This document shows, piece after piece, positions 18,288 through 27,980 of a stretch of DNA of 55,607 nt. Below the pieces are notes generated by a model. The model was not told the DNA's origin, did not search any database, and saw only the letters and a list, made by a program, of their open reading frames with translations. A program made the translations under genes and the position numbers. The stretch comes from an uncultured Oscillospiraceae bacterium (lineage in GTDB: Bacteria; Bacillota; Clostridia; Oscillospirales; Oscillospiraceae): contig CALXCR010000055.1 in NCBI GenBank assembly GCA_944386855.1, positions 1 through 55,607 on the forward strand, given 5' to 3'. The stretch's first letter is position 1. Each line of letters starts with the position of its first letter.

Positions 18288-20093
18288 TCATTCATCTAGT
18301 TTCAAAACAGCCATGAACGCCTCCTGCGGCACGCTTACGCTGCCGAGGCTGCGCATACGCTTTTTGCCCTCTTTCTGCTTTTCAAGCAGCTTTTTCTTTC
18401 TCGTGATATCGCCGCCGTAGCATTTTGCAAGGACGTCCTTGCGCATCGCCTTTATAGTCTCGCGCGCGATTATCTTGCCGCCCACGGCCGCCTGTACCGG
18501 CACCTCGAAAAGCTGGCGCGGTATATTTTCCTTGAGCTTTTCGGCGATTCTCCTGCCGCGCGAATAGGCCTTGTCCTTGTGGACGATAAATGACAGCGCG
18601 TCTACCACTTCCCCGTTTAACAGGATGTCGAGCTTTACAAGCTGTGACTCGCGGTAACCCAGAAATTCGTAGTCAAGCGAGGCATATCCGCGGCTGCGCG
18701 ATTTCAGGGCGTCGAAAAAGTCATAGATTATCTCGTTTAACGGCAGCTCATAGTGAAGTTCCACGCGCTTTTCATCGAGATATGTCATGTCCTTATATTC
18801 GCCGCGCCTGTCCTGACACAGATCCATTATATTACCGACAAATTCCGACGGGCACATTATCGACGCCTTGACAAACGGCTCTTCCGCCGTCTCTATGCTG
18901 CCCGGGTCGGGGTAATTTAGCGGATTGTCGACCATTACGACCTCTCCGTCCGTCTTTGTTACGCGGTAGATAACACTCGGCGCCGTCGTGATTAGATCGA
19001 GATTATACTCCCTCTCAAGCCGTTCCTGTATGACCTCCATATGGAGAAGCCCCAAAAATCCGCAGCGGAAGCCGAATCCCAGCGCGACCGACGATTCCGG
19101 CTCGAACGTGAGCGCAGCGTCGTTTAATTTGAGCTTTTCAAGTGCGTCGCGCAGGTCGGGGTATTTCGATCCGTCCGCCGTGTACACGCCGGAGAACACC
19201 ATCGGGCGCACGGGCCTGTAGCCCGGCAGCGCCTCCTCAGCCGGATTTGACGCGAGCGTGACCGTATCGCCGACCTGCGTATCGGCGACATTTTTTATGC
19301 TCGCCGTCAGATATCCGACGTCGCCGGCGGCAAGCTCGTCGCACGGCTCAAGTCCCATCGGGCGCATATGTCCGACCTCGACCACCTTGTACACAGCGCC
19401 CGTCGCCATCATCAGCACCTCGTCGTCACGTCGGACAACGCCGTCCTTTACGCGCATATAGACGATGACGCCGCGGTAGCTGTCGTACTGGCTGTCAAAT
19501 ATCAGCGCGCGCAGCGGGCCGTTTCTGTCGCCCTTCGGCGCGGGTACGTTTTTTACGATATCCTCAAGCACCGCTTCTATATTTATCCCGCGTTTTGCCG
19601 AGATCTCCGGCGCGTCCTCCGCCGGAAGGCCGATTATATCCTCTATCTCCGCTTTGACCGCTTTCGGGTCGGCGGCGGGCAGATCTATCTTGTTTATGAC
19701 CGGCAGCACCTCAAGATCGTGCTCCAGCGCAAGATAGGTGTTGGCGAGCGTCTGCGCCTCTATCCCCTGCGTCGCGTCGACGACGAGCACCGCACCCTCG
19801 CACGCGGCAAGGCTTCGCGATACCTCATAGTTAAAGTCGACGTGTCCCGGGGTGTCGATCAGGTTCAGCGTGTACTGCTTTCCGTCTTCAGCATTATATG
19901 TAAGGCCGACAGCACGCGCCTTTATTGTTATCCCGCGTTCTTTTTCAAGCTCCATATCGTCGAGAAGCTGGCTTTCCATATCGCGCGCCTCAACAGCGCC
20001 GCATATCTCAAGGAGTCTGTCAGCCAGCGTCGACTTTCCGTGGTCTATATGCGCTATGATCGAGAAATTCCTTATATTTTCCTGTTTTATCAT
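18288..20093 (-). CDS. lepA: Translation elongation factor 4 (LepA)
   Basis: 601-aa ORF. GTPase motifs are [14 protein letters not shown] and NKID. The C-terminal LepA-specific region ends ...[12 protein letters not shown]. Confidence 0.95.
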   Translation of the reverse strand: MIKQENIRNFSIIAHIDHGKSTLADRLLEICGAVEARDMESQLLDDMELEKERGITIKARAVGLTYNAEDGKQYTLNLIDTPGHVDFNYEVSRSLAACEGAVLVVDATQGIEAQTLANTYLALEHDLEVLPVINKIDLPAADPKAVKAEIEDIIGLPAEDAPEISAKRGINIEAVLEDIVKNVPAPKGDRNGPLRALIFDSQYDSYRGVIVYMRVKDGVVRRDDEVLMMATGAVYKVVEVGHMRPMGLEPCDELAAGDVGYLTASIKNVADTQVGDTVTLASNPAEEALPGYRPVRPMVFSGVYTADGSKYPDLRDALEKLKLNDAALTFEPESSVALGFGFRCGFLGLLHMEVIQERLEREYNLDLITTAPSVIYRVTKTDGEVVMVDNPLNYPDPGSIETAEEPFVKASIMCPSEFVGNIMDLCQDRRGEYKDMTYLDEKRVELHYELPLNEIIYDFFDALKSRSRGYASLDYEFLGYRESQLVKLDILLNGEVVDALSFIVHKDKAYSRGRRIAEKLKENIPRQLFEVPVQAAVGGKIIARETIKAMRKDVLAKCYGGDITRKKKLLEKQKEGKKRMRSLGSVSVPQEAFMAVLKLDE

Positions 20094-20608
20094 TTTAGGT
20101 CACCATGCTTTACCGAATTTATTTTATCCTTTATCTGCGCATACCGATTTGGATGCTCTCTTTCAAACCACTTCTTATTGTATTCGCCGTCTCCGCGCTG
20201 TTCCAGCATCTCCGACTCGAGCAGAGCCATCGCGGCGGCGCATTTTTCCGCCTCCGCGCGGTTCGTGCAGACAGCAAATTTATACAGCGCTAGGCTTACA
20301 TAATACGCCGCATTTTCCGCCGCAGGTTTTCCGTATCTCTCGCCGATCTGGTTTATAATATCAGGCACTATGTCCATAAGAGCGGCCGCCGTCTCGGAGC
20401 AGCCCTCCGTACGTCCAAGCAGATAGTCTACCGTCACGCCGTAATACTCGCACACTTTTACAATGAACTCGAGCTTCGGCTCTCGAAGGCCGTTTTCATA
20501 ATGCGAAAGCAGCGCCTGCGATATATTGAGCTCGGCCGCGGCCTTTCTCTGGCTCAAGCCCGCCTTATGCCGCAGTCCGGCAAATCTCTGTGCAAAATCC
20601 TGCCCCAT
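20090..20608 (-). CDS. XRE-family helix-turn-helix transcriptional regulator
   Basis: 172-aa ORF. The N-terminal HTH is [33 protein letters not shown]. Its stop overlaps the lepA start (ATGA). Confidence 0.8.
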   Translation of the reverse strand: MGQDFAQRFAGLRHKAGLSQRKAAAELNISQALLSHYENGLREPKLEFIVKVCEYYGVTVDYLLGRTEGCSETAAALMDIVPDIINQIGERYGKPAAENAAYYVSLALYKFAVCTNRAEAEKCAAAMALLESEMLEQRGDGEYNKKWFEREHPNRYAQIKDKINSVKHGDLK

Positions 20609-20642
20609 TTAGTCGTGCCTCCCATACTGTTTGATTACAAAT

Positions 20643-20671
20643 AGTATACCCCCTCGGAGCTTTTTTGTAAA
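20643..20671 (-). promoter_or_regulatory. Candidate promoter of the XRE-lepA-DUF3842 string
   Basis: On the minus strand: TTTACA (20666..20671), 17 nt, TATACT (20643..20648), about 35 nt upstream of the XRE start. Confidence 0.5.
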
Positions 20672-20783
20672 CAGCTTTGAAATAAATTTATTATCTTGAA
20701 TTTTTACACGTTTGGTGGTATTGTATAGTAGGTAATTGTGTGAATATACATAAACTTTTAATACTATGCGGAGGTTTTGTACA

Positions 20784-21368
20784 ATGTCAGAAATGAAAAT
20801 AATCATTGAGGGTTCAGGCAAACACTGCCATCTCACTCAGGAGACGCTTGAGGTGCTTTTCGGCAAGGGCTTCCAGCTTGAGGTCAAGAAGATGCTCTCT
20901 CAGCCGAATCAGTTTGCATCCAATCAGAAGGTCACCGTCGTCGGCCCTAAGGGCGAGACGAAGCTGTCCATTCTCGGCCCGTGCCGCAATGTCGACCAGG
21001 TAGAGCTCAGCTTCACCGACGCGCGCTCTCTCGGCCTTGACTGCCCGATCCGTTTGAGCGGAGACCTCAAGGGCTCGGCCGGCTGCACGATCATCGGCCC
21101 TGAAGGACAGGTTGAGCTTAAAGAAGGTGCTATCATCGCTATGCGCCACTGCCACATCTCCCCGGAAGACGGCGAAAAATGGGGCATCAAAAACGGCGAT
21201 CAGCTCATGGTTAAATGCGGTGAGGGCACAGGCCGCGCCCTGATTTTTGATGACGTCGTTGCCCGCGTCGGTCCGGAGCATGCAACATTCATGCACATCG
21301 ACTACGACGAGCTCAACGCCGCCGCCCTCTTCGGCAAAGACCCGATGGGCGAGATCATCAAGAAGTAA
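20784..21368 (+). CDS. pduL: Phosphate propanoyltransferase / phosphotransacylase PduL
   Basis: The ATG at 20784 lies 8 nt after GGAGG. It shows the duplicated PduL repeat pattern (SGKHCHL, AMRHCHISPED). No microcompartment or other pdu genes are nearby. Confidence 0.85.
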   Translation: MSEMKIIIEGSGKHCHLTQETLEVLFGKGFQLEVKKMLSQPNQFASNQKVTVVGPKGETKLSILGPCRNVDQVELSFTDARSLGLDCPIRLSGDLKGSAGCTIIGPEGQVELKEGAIIAMRHCHISPEDGEKWGIKNGDQLMVKCGEGTGRALIFDDVVARVGPEHATFMHIDYDELNAAALFGKDPMGEIIKK

Positions 21369-21376
21369 GTTTACGG

Positions 21377-21417
21377 ATATACACATATCCCTTTGTATGG
21401 GATATGTGTATATTTTC
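21377..21417 (+). terminator. Intrinsic terminator after pduL
   Basis: ATATACACATATCCC - loop - GGGATATGTGTATAT, followed by TTT. Confidence 0.65.
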
Positions 21418-21461
21418 GGCTAATATGCCGCTTTGAGCGTTTTCAACGCGGCCGGCTCATT

Positions 21462-21502
21462 AAAAAAATAAAAGGGAGAGACTCTTTCGTATCTCTCCCT
21501 TT
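21462..21502 (-). terminator. Intrinsic terminator after secG
   Basis: On the minus strand: AAAGGGAGAGA - loop - TCTCTCCCTTT, followed by TATTTTTTT. Confidence 0.65.
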
Positions 21503-21518
21503 AAATTATTGTACGCGG

Positions 21519-21758
21519 TTACAGTACCATATTAAGTACGATCGTGAGTACGGCAAACGCAGCCGCGACCCATTTTGTAGCCTTTGCAAGCTTAGCATCA
21601 AGCGATTTTGCCTTGTTCTTCGACAAAAACGTATCTGCGCCGCCGGCTATCGCACCGGAAAGACCGGATCTTTTGCCGGACTGAAGAAGAACTACAACTA
21701 TGAGAAACAGGCAAGTCAAAAGCTGTACAATCGTGATAGCGATATCCAAAATTATCAT
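21519..21758 (-). CDS. secG: Preprotein translocase subunit SecG
   Basis: The ORF track gives 21519..21794. The internal ATG at 21758 gives a 79-aa protein, MIILDIAITIVQLLTCLFLIVVVLLQSGK..GLSGAI.GG, which is the SecG hallmark. The start choice is uncertain because the RBS spacing is short. Confidence 0.75.
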   Translation of the reverse strand: MIILDIAITIVQLLTCLFLIVVVLLQSGKRSGLSGAIAGGADTFLSKNKAKSLDAKLAKATKWVAAAFAVLTIVLNMVL

Positions 21759-21881
21759 CCTTTCAGAAATATAACACGGGAACGCTCCCTGCATTTTGCA
21801 AACTCAAGTATTAGTTATGTTATCACATATTTCGCCCGCTTGCAATACTTTTTTCAATTTTTGTTTTGTGAGGAATTTTAA

Positions 21882-22643
21882 ATGTATTTTGACACTCATG
21901 CACATTATGACGATGCGCAATTTGACAGCGACCGCACAGCGCTTCTCGCGTCTATGCCGGAAAACGGGGTCTCGCTCGTATTAAACCCAGGATGCGATAC
22001 GGCCTCCTCGGAGACGGCGGTATCTCTTGCCCGGCAGTTTGATTTTGTATACGCCGCCGTCGGATTTCACCCGCACGAGGCCAAGGGAATGGATGACACG
22101 GCGTTTGACCGCATAAAAGAGCTTGCGTCAGAGCCGAAAGTAAAGGCTATAGGCGAGATAGGGCTCGATTATCACTACGATCTGTCTCCGCGGGATGTTC
22201 AGAAGGACGTTTTTGCGCGCCAGCTTGAACTTGCGCGTAAACTGAAGCTTCCCGTAATAATACACGAACGTGAGGCGTGCGCCGACTGTCTTGACATAAT
22301 CCGCGGCTTTTCCGGTGATGTGCGCGGTGTTTTCCACTGCTATTCCGGAAGCTGGGAGACGGCCAAAACGATCCTTTCATGGGGGTGGTATCTGTCTTTC
22401 ACGGGCGTTGTAACATTCAAAAACGCGAGAAAGTCGCACGAGGTAATAAAAAATATGCCGCGCGATATGCTCATGATCGAAACGGACTCCCCATATCTGG
22501 CCCCTGTGCCGAACAGGGGCAAGCGCAACAGTTCTCTGAATCTCCCCTACATCGCAGAGACTATCGGCGGGCTTATCGGGATATCAAAGGACGAGGTCGC
22601 CGAGCTCACTCTGGAAAACGGGCGGCGTTTTTTCGGTATATGA
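21882..22643 (+). CDS. tatD: TatD family metal-dependent hydrolase (DNase)
   Basis: 253-aa ORF with MYFDTHAHYDD at the N-terminus, EIGLDYHY, VIIHEREA and a later ETDSPYLAP motif. Confidence 0.88.
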   Translation: MYFDTHAHYDDAQFDSDRTALLASMPENGVSLVLNPGCDTASSETAVSLARQFDFVYAAVGFHPHEAKGMDDTAFDRIKELASEPKVKAIGEIGLDYHYDLSPRDVQKDVFARQLELARKLKLPVIIHEREACADCLDIIRGFSGDVRGVFHCYSGSWETAKTILSWGWYLSFTGVVTFKNARKSHEVIKNMPRDMLMIETDSPYLAPVPNRGKRNSSLNLPYIAETIGGLIGISKDEVAELTLENGRRFFGI

Positions 22644-22828
22644 TGTGCGGGCATATCGCCCTGTCCGGCCGGTATAAATCTTGACCGCACCGCGCAAGTG
22701 CGCGCAGGCATATATTCACAAGGGATTTCCTGGCGGCGGTAAATTTCTGCTGCATTTATACGTTTATTCTTTGATCTGCCGCCGTGCCGTCTTTATATGA
22801 CGGTGCGGACATAAGGAGCTGTATAGTC

Positions 22829-24238
22829 TTGCATATTACAAAGAAACACATTTTTTTGCTTGTAAAGCTGTTGTTCGCTGCAGTGATTTTTATTGCGCTC
22901 CGTCTCTGCCCGTGTCCCGACGGGCTCTCTGACGAGGCAATGATGTTCCTGGCCATATTTATCACGGCGATTTACTGCATGACGGTAAACATTATCAAGG
23001 ACTACGTTATACTTATAACGGCGCTCGCACTTACGGCCGCTTTTGACGCCGCCGAATTTGAGACTGTATTTTCGGCATTTGCCGGCAAGACGGTCTGGCT
23101 TCTTATCGGCGCGTTCGGCATAGGCGCTGCGATAACCAAGTGCGGCCTTATGAGCCGTATCGCTTTTCTCGTGCTTAAGCCGTTTCCCAAAAATTTTAAG
23201 GGACAGGTGCTTGCTCTGTTCACTATGGGTTCGATACTACTGCCTTTAGTACCGAGCAACAGCGCGAAATCGTCGCTTCTGTCACCGTTTGCCAAGGCGC
23301 TGAGCGACGAAAACGGATACGCCTACCGCTCGCCGGGAGCTGTCGGATTTTTTGCGGCGAGCGCACTGCCGTGTACCTGTACTACGTTCGGCTTTTTCAG
23401 CAGTACATCGCTTATCGTCGTGGCGGTCGGGCTGATGCCGCCTGAATTCGCCGCCGGGATACACTGGCTAAGCTGGCTTAAATATTCAATCTTCTGGTTT
23501 ATTTTCGTGTCTGCGGCGCTGTATGCGGCCATAATAGCGATGTATCATCCAAAGGAGCAGACGCGCCTTACCGATGAATTTATCGACGAGCGGCTGAAAA
23601 GCCTCGGGCCGATGACAACAGCTGAAAAGCGCGCCGCGGTGATACTAGTTTTGACGCTCGCCGCGTGGATAACAGAGAGCATACACGGTATCAGCACGAC
23701 GCTTGTGGCACTTTTCGCGCTTGTCGCGTATCACGCCGCAGGAGTGCTCGACTCCAAAACATTCCGAACGGGAGTGGCTTGGGAGAGCATAATCATGAGC
23801 GGCGGTATAGTGTGCACGTCAAATCTGTTCTCGTCGCTGGGAATATCGTCATGGCTTGCTGATGTCCTGTATCCGTATATTCAGGTAATCATATCGAACA
23901 TCTATATTTTTATCCCGCTTCTGGCGCTGCTCGTATACGCCGTGCGAAGTATTGTAATCTCACAGACGGCGTCGCTGACTATATTTTATGTTATATTCGG
24001 CTCATCGGCCGTCGCAGCCGGCATACACCCGTGGATCGTTGTGTTTATACTGCTCACCTCGGGCGCTGTGTTTTATCTGCCGTTTCAAAATACTACATAC
24101 CTTGCGGCTTACGGCGCTGCCGGCCATGATATGGCGGCGCACAGCGATCTTAGGAAGCTTTCCTTTGTGTATATGGCTGTAAATGTAGCCGGGCTTATGC
24201 TCAGCACATTCTGGTGGCGTTTAACCGGTATACTTTGA
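22829..24238 (+). CDS. Anion permease, DASS/SLC13-like (ArsB/NhaD superfamily)
   Basis: The ORF track starts at 22784. The TTG at 22829 follows AAGGAG with about 10-nt spacing. It is a polytopic protein with two hairpin-tip-like motifs (VPSNSAKS, PFQNTTY) reminiscent of the SNT motifs of DASS carriers. Confidence 0.65.
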   Translation: MHITKKHIFLLVKLLFAAVIFIALRLCPCPDGLSDEAMMFLAIFITAIYCMTVNIIKDYVILITALALTAAFDAAEFETVFSAFAGKTVWLLIGAFGIGAAITKCGLMSRIAFLVLKPFPKNFKGQVLALFTMGSILLPLVPSNSAKSSLLSPFAKALSDENGYAYRSPGAVGFFAASALPCTCTTFGFFSSTSLIVVAVGLMPPEFAAGIHWLSWLKYSIFWFIFVSAALYAAIIAMYHPKEQTRLTDEFIDERLKSLGPMTTAEKRAAVILVLTLAAWITESIHGISTTLVALFALVAYHAAGVLDSKTFRTGVAWESIIMSGGIVCTSNLFSSLGISSWLADVLYPYIQVIISNIYIFIPLLALLVYAVRSIVISQTASLTIFYVIFGSSAVAAGIHPWIVVFILLTSGAVFYLPFQNTTYLAAYGAAGHDMAAHSDLRKLSFVYMAVNVAGLMLSTFWWRLTGIL

Positions 24239-24257
24239 ATTTTTTAAAAATAAAAAC

Positions 24258-24295
24258 GACCCGGTACGGTAAAAACCGTATCGGGTCATATTTTG
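24258..24295. terminator. Bidirectional terminator between convergent genes
   Basis: GACCCGGTACGG - TAAAAA - CCGTATCGGGTC, with an A-run upstream and ATATTTTG downstream. It shares the CCGGTACGGT core with the repeats at 54349 and 55334. Confidence 0.55.
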
Positions 24296-24332
24296 TCTTA
24301 TAGCTCATGCCAAAAAATACAGCAGATAATTA

Positions 24333-25118
24333 TCACACATCCATATACTGCATCATGTTATATACGCAGATTAGCATTATGACTGCGTTTATCATAGTGA
24401 ACAGTTTGCCAAGCACCTTATCGTCAATCCTGCGATGGACTGCATGGCCGATTATTCCGCCGGCAACTCCGCCGGTTATCATAAACGTGAGGCTCAGCCA
24501 CGAAAACCCCGGCACACTGTGCGCCGCAAAAGTTGAAAGCAGACTGGCCGTTTGACTGAACAGAATTATGTACAGGCTGTTCTGTGCCGCGGCTTTCATA
24601 TCCATCGAAAAGAAAAAGTGGAGTACGACAAGATTGATGGGTCCGCCGCCAATGCCGAGGAAGCTGGACAGCATCCCGAGCAGAAGCCCAATGATAAGAC
24701 ATAGCCACGCTTTAACAATACGGTATGTGTGAACGCGCTCCCTGTTCAGCGTATAAAACACAGTAATTAGTGCGAGCACAAGCAGACAGAGCGACTGCAC
24801 CGCGCCGGCCGCCGTTCCGATCCGCATACTGACGACCCCGAACAGCTGTTTTCCAAGTACACCGCCGATAGCAGCGCCGGCCGCCAGCGGCGTACCGGTT
24901 TTTAAGTCGAGGTTGTTTTTGCCTGAGCGCAGCGTCTGCGTGACGGTATAACCGCTCATCGCGAGGACTGTACAGCCTGAGAGAAAGTTTATCGTGGCTA
25001 TGCTGTCGATACGGAACATATCAAGTGTCGGTTTTATTATAACGCCGCCGCCGATACCGCAAATAGCCCCCGCCATGCTCGCAAAAAGGCTTATGATGAA
25101 ATACGCTGTTAGATGCAT
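24333..25118 (-). CDS. Sulfite exporter TauE/SafE family membrane protein
   Basis: 261-aa polytopic ORF with RBS GGGAGGGG. It shows a repeated glycine-rich helix pattern (GAICGIGGGVI, LGIGGGPI). Confidence 0.8.
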   Translation of the reverse strand: MHLTAYFIISLFASMAGAICGIGGGVIIKPTLDMFRIDSIATINFLSGCTVLAMSGYTVTQTLRSGKNNLDLKTGTPLAAGAAIGGVLGKQLFGVVSMRIGTAAGAVQSLCLLVLALITVFYTLNRERVHTYRIVKAWLCLIIGLLLGMLSSFLGIGGGPINLVVLHFFFSMDMKAAAQNSLYIILFSQTASLLSTFAAHSVPGFSWLSLTFMITGGVAGGIIGHAVHRRIDDKVLGKLFTMINAVIMLICVYNMMQYMDV

Positions 25119-25265
25119 AAACGCCCCTCCCGTTTGCCGGTCTCCTCACAAATCCAACAACTTTGCCTAACGCGCAGTTTCTCACTTAAAAATATTATGT
25201 TTTAATGTTTCTCAGGCCAGCATATTAGGTATACCTCCACAGTCGGAAGGCATACGCAAGCTTCC

Positions 25266-26360
25266 TTATTCGCCGTATATCGTCTCGCGGAGTACAGCTT
25301 TATTCGCATCAAAATCGACACTGACGACAGACATACCGTTTATCGTGTCAAAAGTATACGTACCTTCCGCCGGTATAGCCTGCGATATAAGCTCGTAATC
25401 TCTGACCTGTGCCACCGTCATAAGCAGGGATACACAATCGCTCTGGCTGAGGTCTGTCGTTACATTCGGCAGAACACTGCTCGCAACCGAGTACAACTCC
25501 GTTATGCCGGCGTCTTTCAGGCTGTCCCAGAGGCTGGCCAGAACCTCTCTCTGGCGTCCCGTGCGGCCGAAGTCGGTATCACTATACCTGTTTCGGCAGA
25601 AGGCGAGCGCCTGTCGTCCATTTAAGTGGTACACTCCCGGCCCATCATAAATCATGTCGCTAGACTCCGGGTAACCCGTCAAGCGGTTTATCTCCGGCAA
25701 ATACTGGTTGAGGTAGTGTATCTCACTTTCCGAAAGCTCGATGTTATCGACACCGCCGAGAGAATCGACGACGTCAACAAAGCTTATAAAATCTATGGCA
25801 GCATAGGCGTTTATGTCTATCTCAAAGTACTGCTCTATCGTGTCGATCGTAAGCGCCGGACCGCCAAAGATGTTTGTGGCATTTAGCTTTTCAGGTCCAT
25901 AGCCCGGTATATCAACGTAAATATCACGCAAGAATGATGTCATGAAAAGCTGCTTCGTCTCTCTGTTTATAGACACCAAAAGCATTACATCTGACAGGCC
26001 ATACACGCTTCCCTCACGCGAATCGCTTCCGATAAGCAGGATATTGTACACGTTGTCTGAATATATTAGCGTGCTGCTGTTATCCTCCGTAGCTGTATCA
26101 CTGTCCGGTGTTACCACTGTACCGCTGTTGTCAAGTCTCCCGTCGGATATCGTCATCATCCCGTAAAAATGCTGGAACACGACGCATACGGCAAGCATAG
26201 CGAGCAGCACAAGCGCGACAAGTGAGCTTATAACCGTTGTAACTATCCGCTTTGTTCTTCCTTTTTTGCTTTTCCCTTTAGCGGCCGGTCTGCTCCTGTG
26301 AGTTTCCGCATTGGAGGCATGGCGTCTGCGACGCCCCGTGCCTTTTATATTTTCTGCCAT
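25266..26360 (-). CDS. LCP (LytR-CpsA-Psr) family glycopolymer phosphotransferase
   Basis: 364-aa ORF with RBS AAGGAG. It has a basic N-tail, one transmembrane helix, and LIGSDSR...SDVMLLVSINRETKQLFMTSFLRD in the LCP core. Confidence 0.85.
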   Translation of the reverse strand: MAENIKGTGRRRRHASNAETHRSRPAAKGKSKKGRTKRIVTTVISSLVALVLLAMLAVCVVFQHFYGMMTISDGRLDNSGTVVTPDSDTATEDNSSTLIYSDNVYNILLIGSDSREGSVYGLSDVMLLVSINRETKQLFMTSFLRDIYVDIPGYGPEKLNATNIFGGPALTIDTIEQYFEIDINAYAAIDFISFVDVVDSLGGVDNIELSESEIHYLNQYLPEINRLTGYPESSDMIYDGPGVYHLNGRQALAFCRNRYSDTDFGRTGRQREVLASLWDSLKDAGITELYSVASSVLPNVTTDLSQSDCVSLLMTVAQVRDYELISQAIPAEGTYTFDTINGMSVVSVDFDANKAVLRETIYGE

Positions 26361-26506
26361 TTACAGGACTCCTTTATTTAACAGCTTCTTATATTATACA
26401 CCGATTATTTTACATCGAATCGAAAATCTATTTGTCAGTCTACCACAATATTTGGCAAATTTCTACATGTTTAAAAAATCTTTAATAATTGGCTCTCAAA
26501 ATAGTA

Positions 26507-26536
26507 TTGTCGTATCACGCGGTTTCATGCTATACT
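26507..26536 (+). promoter_or_regulatory. Candidate promoter for the Wzz-like gene
   Basis: TTGTCG (26507..26512), 18 nt, TATACT (26531..26536), preceded by TGc (extended -10). Confidence 0.45.
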
Positions 26537-26577
26537 GATAATGATTGGATTCAAAAACACAAGAAAAGGAGTTCAAC

Positions 26578-27780
26578 ATGGAATATAACAACGCTCAATA
26601 TGAGGAGACTATCGATCTTAAGGATCTTTGTATATTTATACTTCGTAAATGGCGCGCTATGATAATAGCAATTTTTGCCGGCATCATACTGCTTATTGGA
26701 TTTAAGGCTGTCTCATCATTTATGTCGGACGCAGCCCCGGAGATAACGGAGGAACAGACGTCTCTCGCGGAATCCTTTGCCCAGCTTGAAACCGATATTG
26801 AAGCGAAGCAGAACGAACGTGAAGACACCCTGCTCCAGATAGATTCTACGGAGATTCTTATAAGTGATACGGAAAATGAGATTAACAGTCTGGAGGACGT
26901 GCTTGCAGTTTATAAAGAGTCTCTGCGCGAGCTTCAGGCAATTCTTGAGAATACTGTATCCGACGATAATCGTGTGGCGCTTATATCAGAGATAGCCTCG
27001 CTGAACGATTCAATTTTAGATCAGACGAACAAAATCACCGTAGCTTATCGTAATATGCGCTCTTACGAGAAAAACATGTCTACTCTGACCGACACTCTTT
27101 CAACGATAACCGACGACCTCAAAGAGCTTCAAGCAGATCGCGCCGCGTTTTTAAGCGAAAACAGAGATCTTATCGATCCTGCGGGTGAGCCCATTCCGAT
27201 AGCGCCGGAATCGGGCATAAGTGTCAATACGATGATAAAGTTCGGTATCATCGGCGCTGTCTTGGGTGCATTTGCCGTATGCGGCTGTGCCTGTCTGCAA
27301 TACCTGTTTACAAAGCATCTGCACAATCCCGGGGATCTCAAAGATCGTTTTGGGATTCGTATACTCGGTTCTCTTTACACTACAGACGACGGCAGCAAGA
27401 AAAATTTTATCGACAAGTTCATCGACCGTATATCCGGCGTACCTCAGCAGGTCGACGTCAAAAAGGAGTACTCGCTGGCCGCCTCTGAGATCAGGCTTCT
27501 GTCTCATGATGCACAGACAGCCATAATGGTCACCGGTTCTGTTGAGATGGGGGCTATTGAACACGTCGCCGGCATTTTGAAAGAAATGCTCCCGTCAGAG
27601 CAGTTTACAGTCCGTGCGGCGTCAAACCCCGTATATGATCCTGACTCCATGCTGCTGCTTAAAGAATACTCCGTTGTGCTGGTAGAGTCAATCAAATACT
27701 CAAACAAAAATGAGATAGCAAAGCTTTGCGAGCTTATAAGAAGCGGCAAGTCATCCGTTATCGGCGCTGTTGTCCTGTAG
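26578..27780 (+). CDS. Wzz / polysaccharide co-polymerase (chain-length determinant) with a C-terminal degenerate P-loop (BY-kinase-like) domain
   Basis: The ATG at 26578 follows AAAGGAG. Architecture:
- Wzz N-terminal motif plus first transmembrane helix (LKDLCIFILRKWRAMIIAIFAGIILL);
- a long coiled-coil ectodomain;
- a second transmembrane helix (IKFGIIGAVLGAFAVCGCACL);
- a ~140-aa cytoplasmic tail in which VTGSVEMGAIEHV sits where CpsD-type kinases have the Walker A motif. Confidence 0.7.
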   Translation: MEYNNAQYEETIDLKDLCIFILRKWRAMIIAIFAGIILLIGFKAVSSFMSDAAPEITEEQTSLAESFAQLETDIEAKQNEREDTLLQIDSTEILISDTENEINSLEDVLAVYKESLRELQAILENTVSDDNRVALISEIASLNDSILDQTNKITVAYRNMRSYEKNMSTLTDTLSTITDDLKELQADRAAFLSENRDLIDPAGEPIPIAPESGISVNTMIKFGIIGAVLGAFAVCGCACLQYLFTKHLHNPGDLKDRFGIRILGSLYTTDDGSKKNFIDKFIDRISGVPQQVDVKKEYSLAASEIRLLSHDAQTAIMVTGSVEMGAIEHVAGILKEMLPSEQFTVRAASNPVYDPDSMLLLKEYSVVLVESIKYSNKNEIAKLCELIRSGKSSVIGAVVL

Positions 27781-27840
27781 ACTTTACCGTCTGAGCGTAT
27801 TTATTTGTTTATACAGCAGATAATTTGATGATAATTTCTG

Positions 27841-27878
27841 TTCAGGCCTTTCCCGTATGGGAAAGGCCTGAATTTATT
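27841..27878 (+). terminator. Intrinsic terminator after the Wzz-like gene
   Basis: TTCAGGCCTTTCCC - GTAT - GGGAAAGGCCTGAA, followed by TTTATTAT. Confidence 0.7.
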
Positions 27879-27918
27879 ATCAGCCAAACAGTATTCTCTT
27901 ATTTTTCGATTTTATCTA

Positions 27919-27947
27919 TTGACATCGAATATTTTTAGATTTATAAT
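27919..27947 (+). promoter_or_regulatory. Consensus-like promoter of the HTH-S24 repressor gene, with an overlapping inverted repeat
   Basis: TTGACA (27919..27924), 17 nt, TATAAT (27942..27947). The imperfect inverted repeat TTTTTCGAT (27902..27910) / ATCGAATAT (27924..27932) straddles the -35. Confidence 0.6.
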
Positions 27948-27980
27948 ATCAGTAGCCCATTATTAAAAGGAGGTCTCAAT

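Noticed and set aside
22782-22808. A 10-bp hairpin (CCGTGCCGTC-TTTATAT-GACGGTGCGG, with two G-U pairs) immediately upstream of the anion-permease RBS, considered as a terminator or riboswitch platform.
   Set aside because: It has no U-run and no recognisable aptamer upstream in the 185-nt intergenic region. It may simply modulate translation initiation, so I cannot support a specific call.
26412-26420. The 9-mer ACATCGAAT is shared between the LCP/Wzz divergent region and the S24-repressor promoter (27922..27930). It might be a common operator linking the repressor to glycan genes.
   Set aside because: The flanking bases do not align (about 4 of 8 upstream, none convincingly downstream). A single shared 9-mer in 55 kb of partly AT-rich DNA is within chance expectation.
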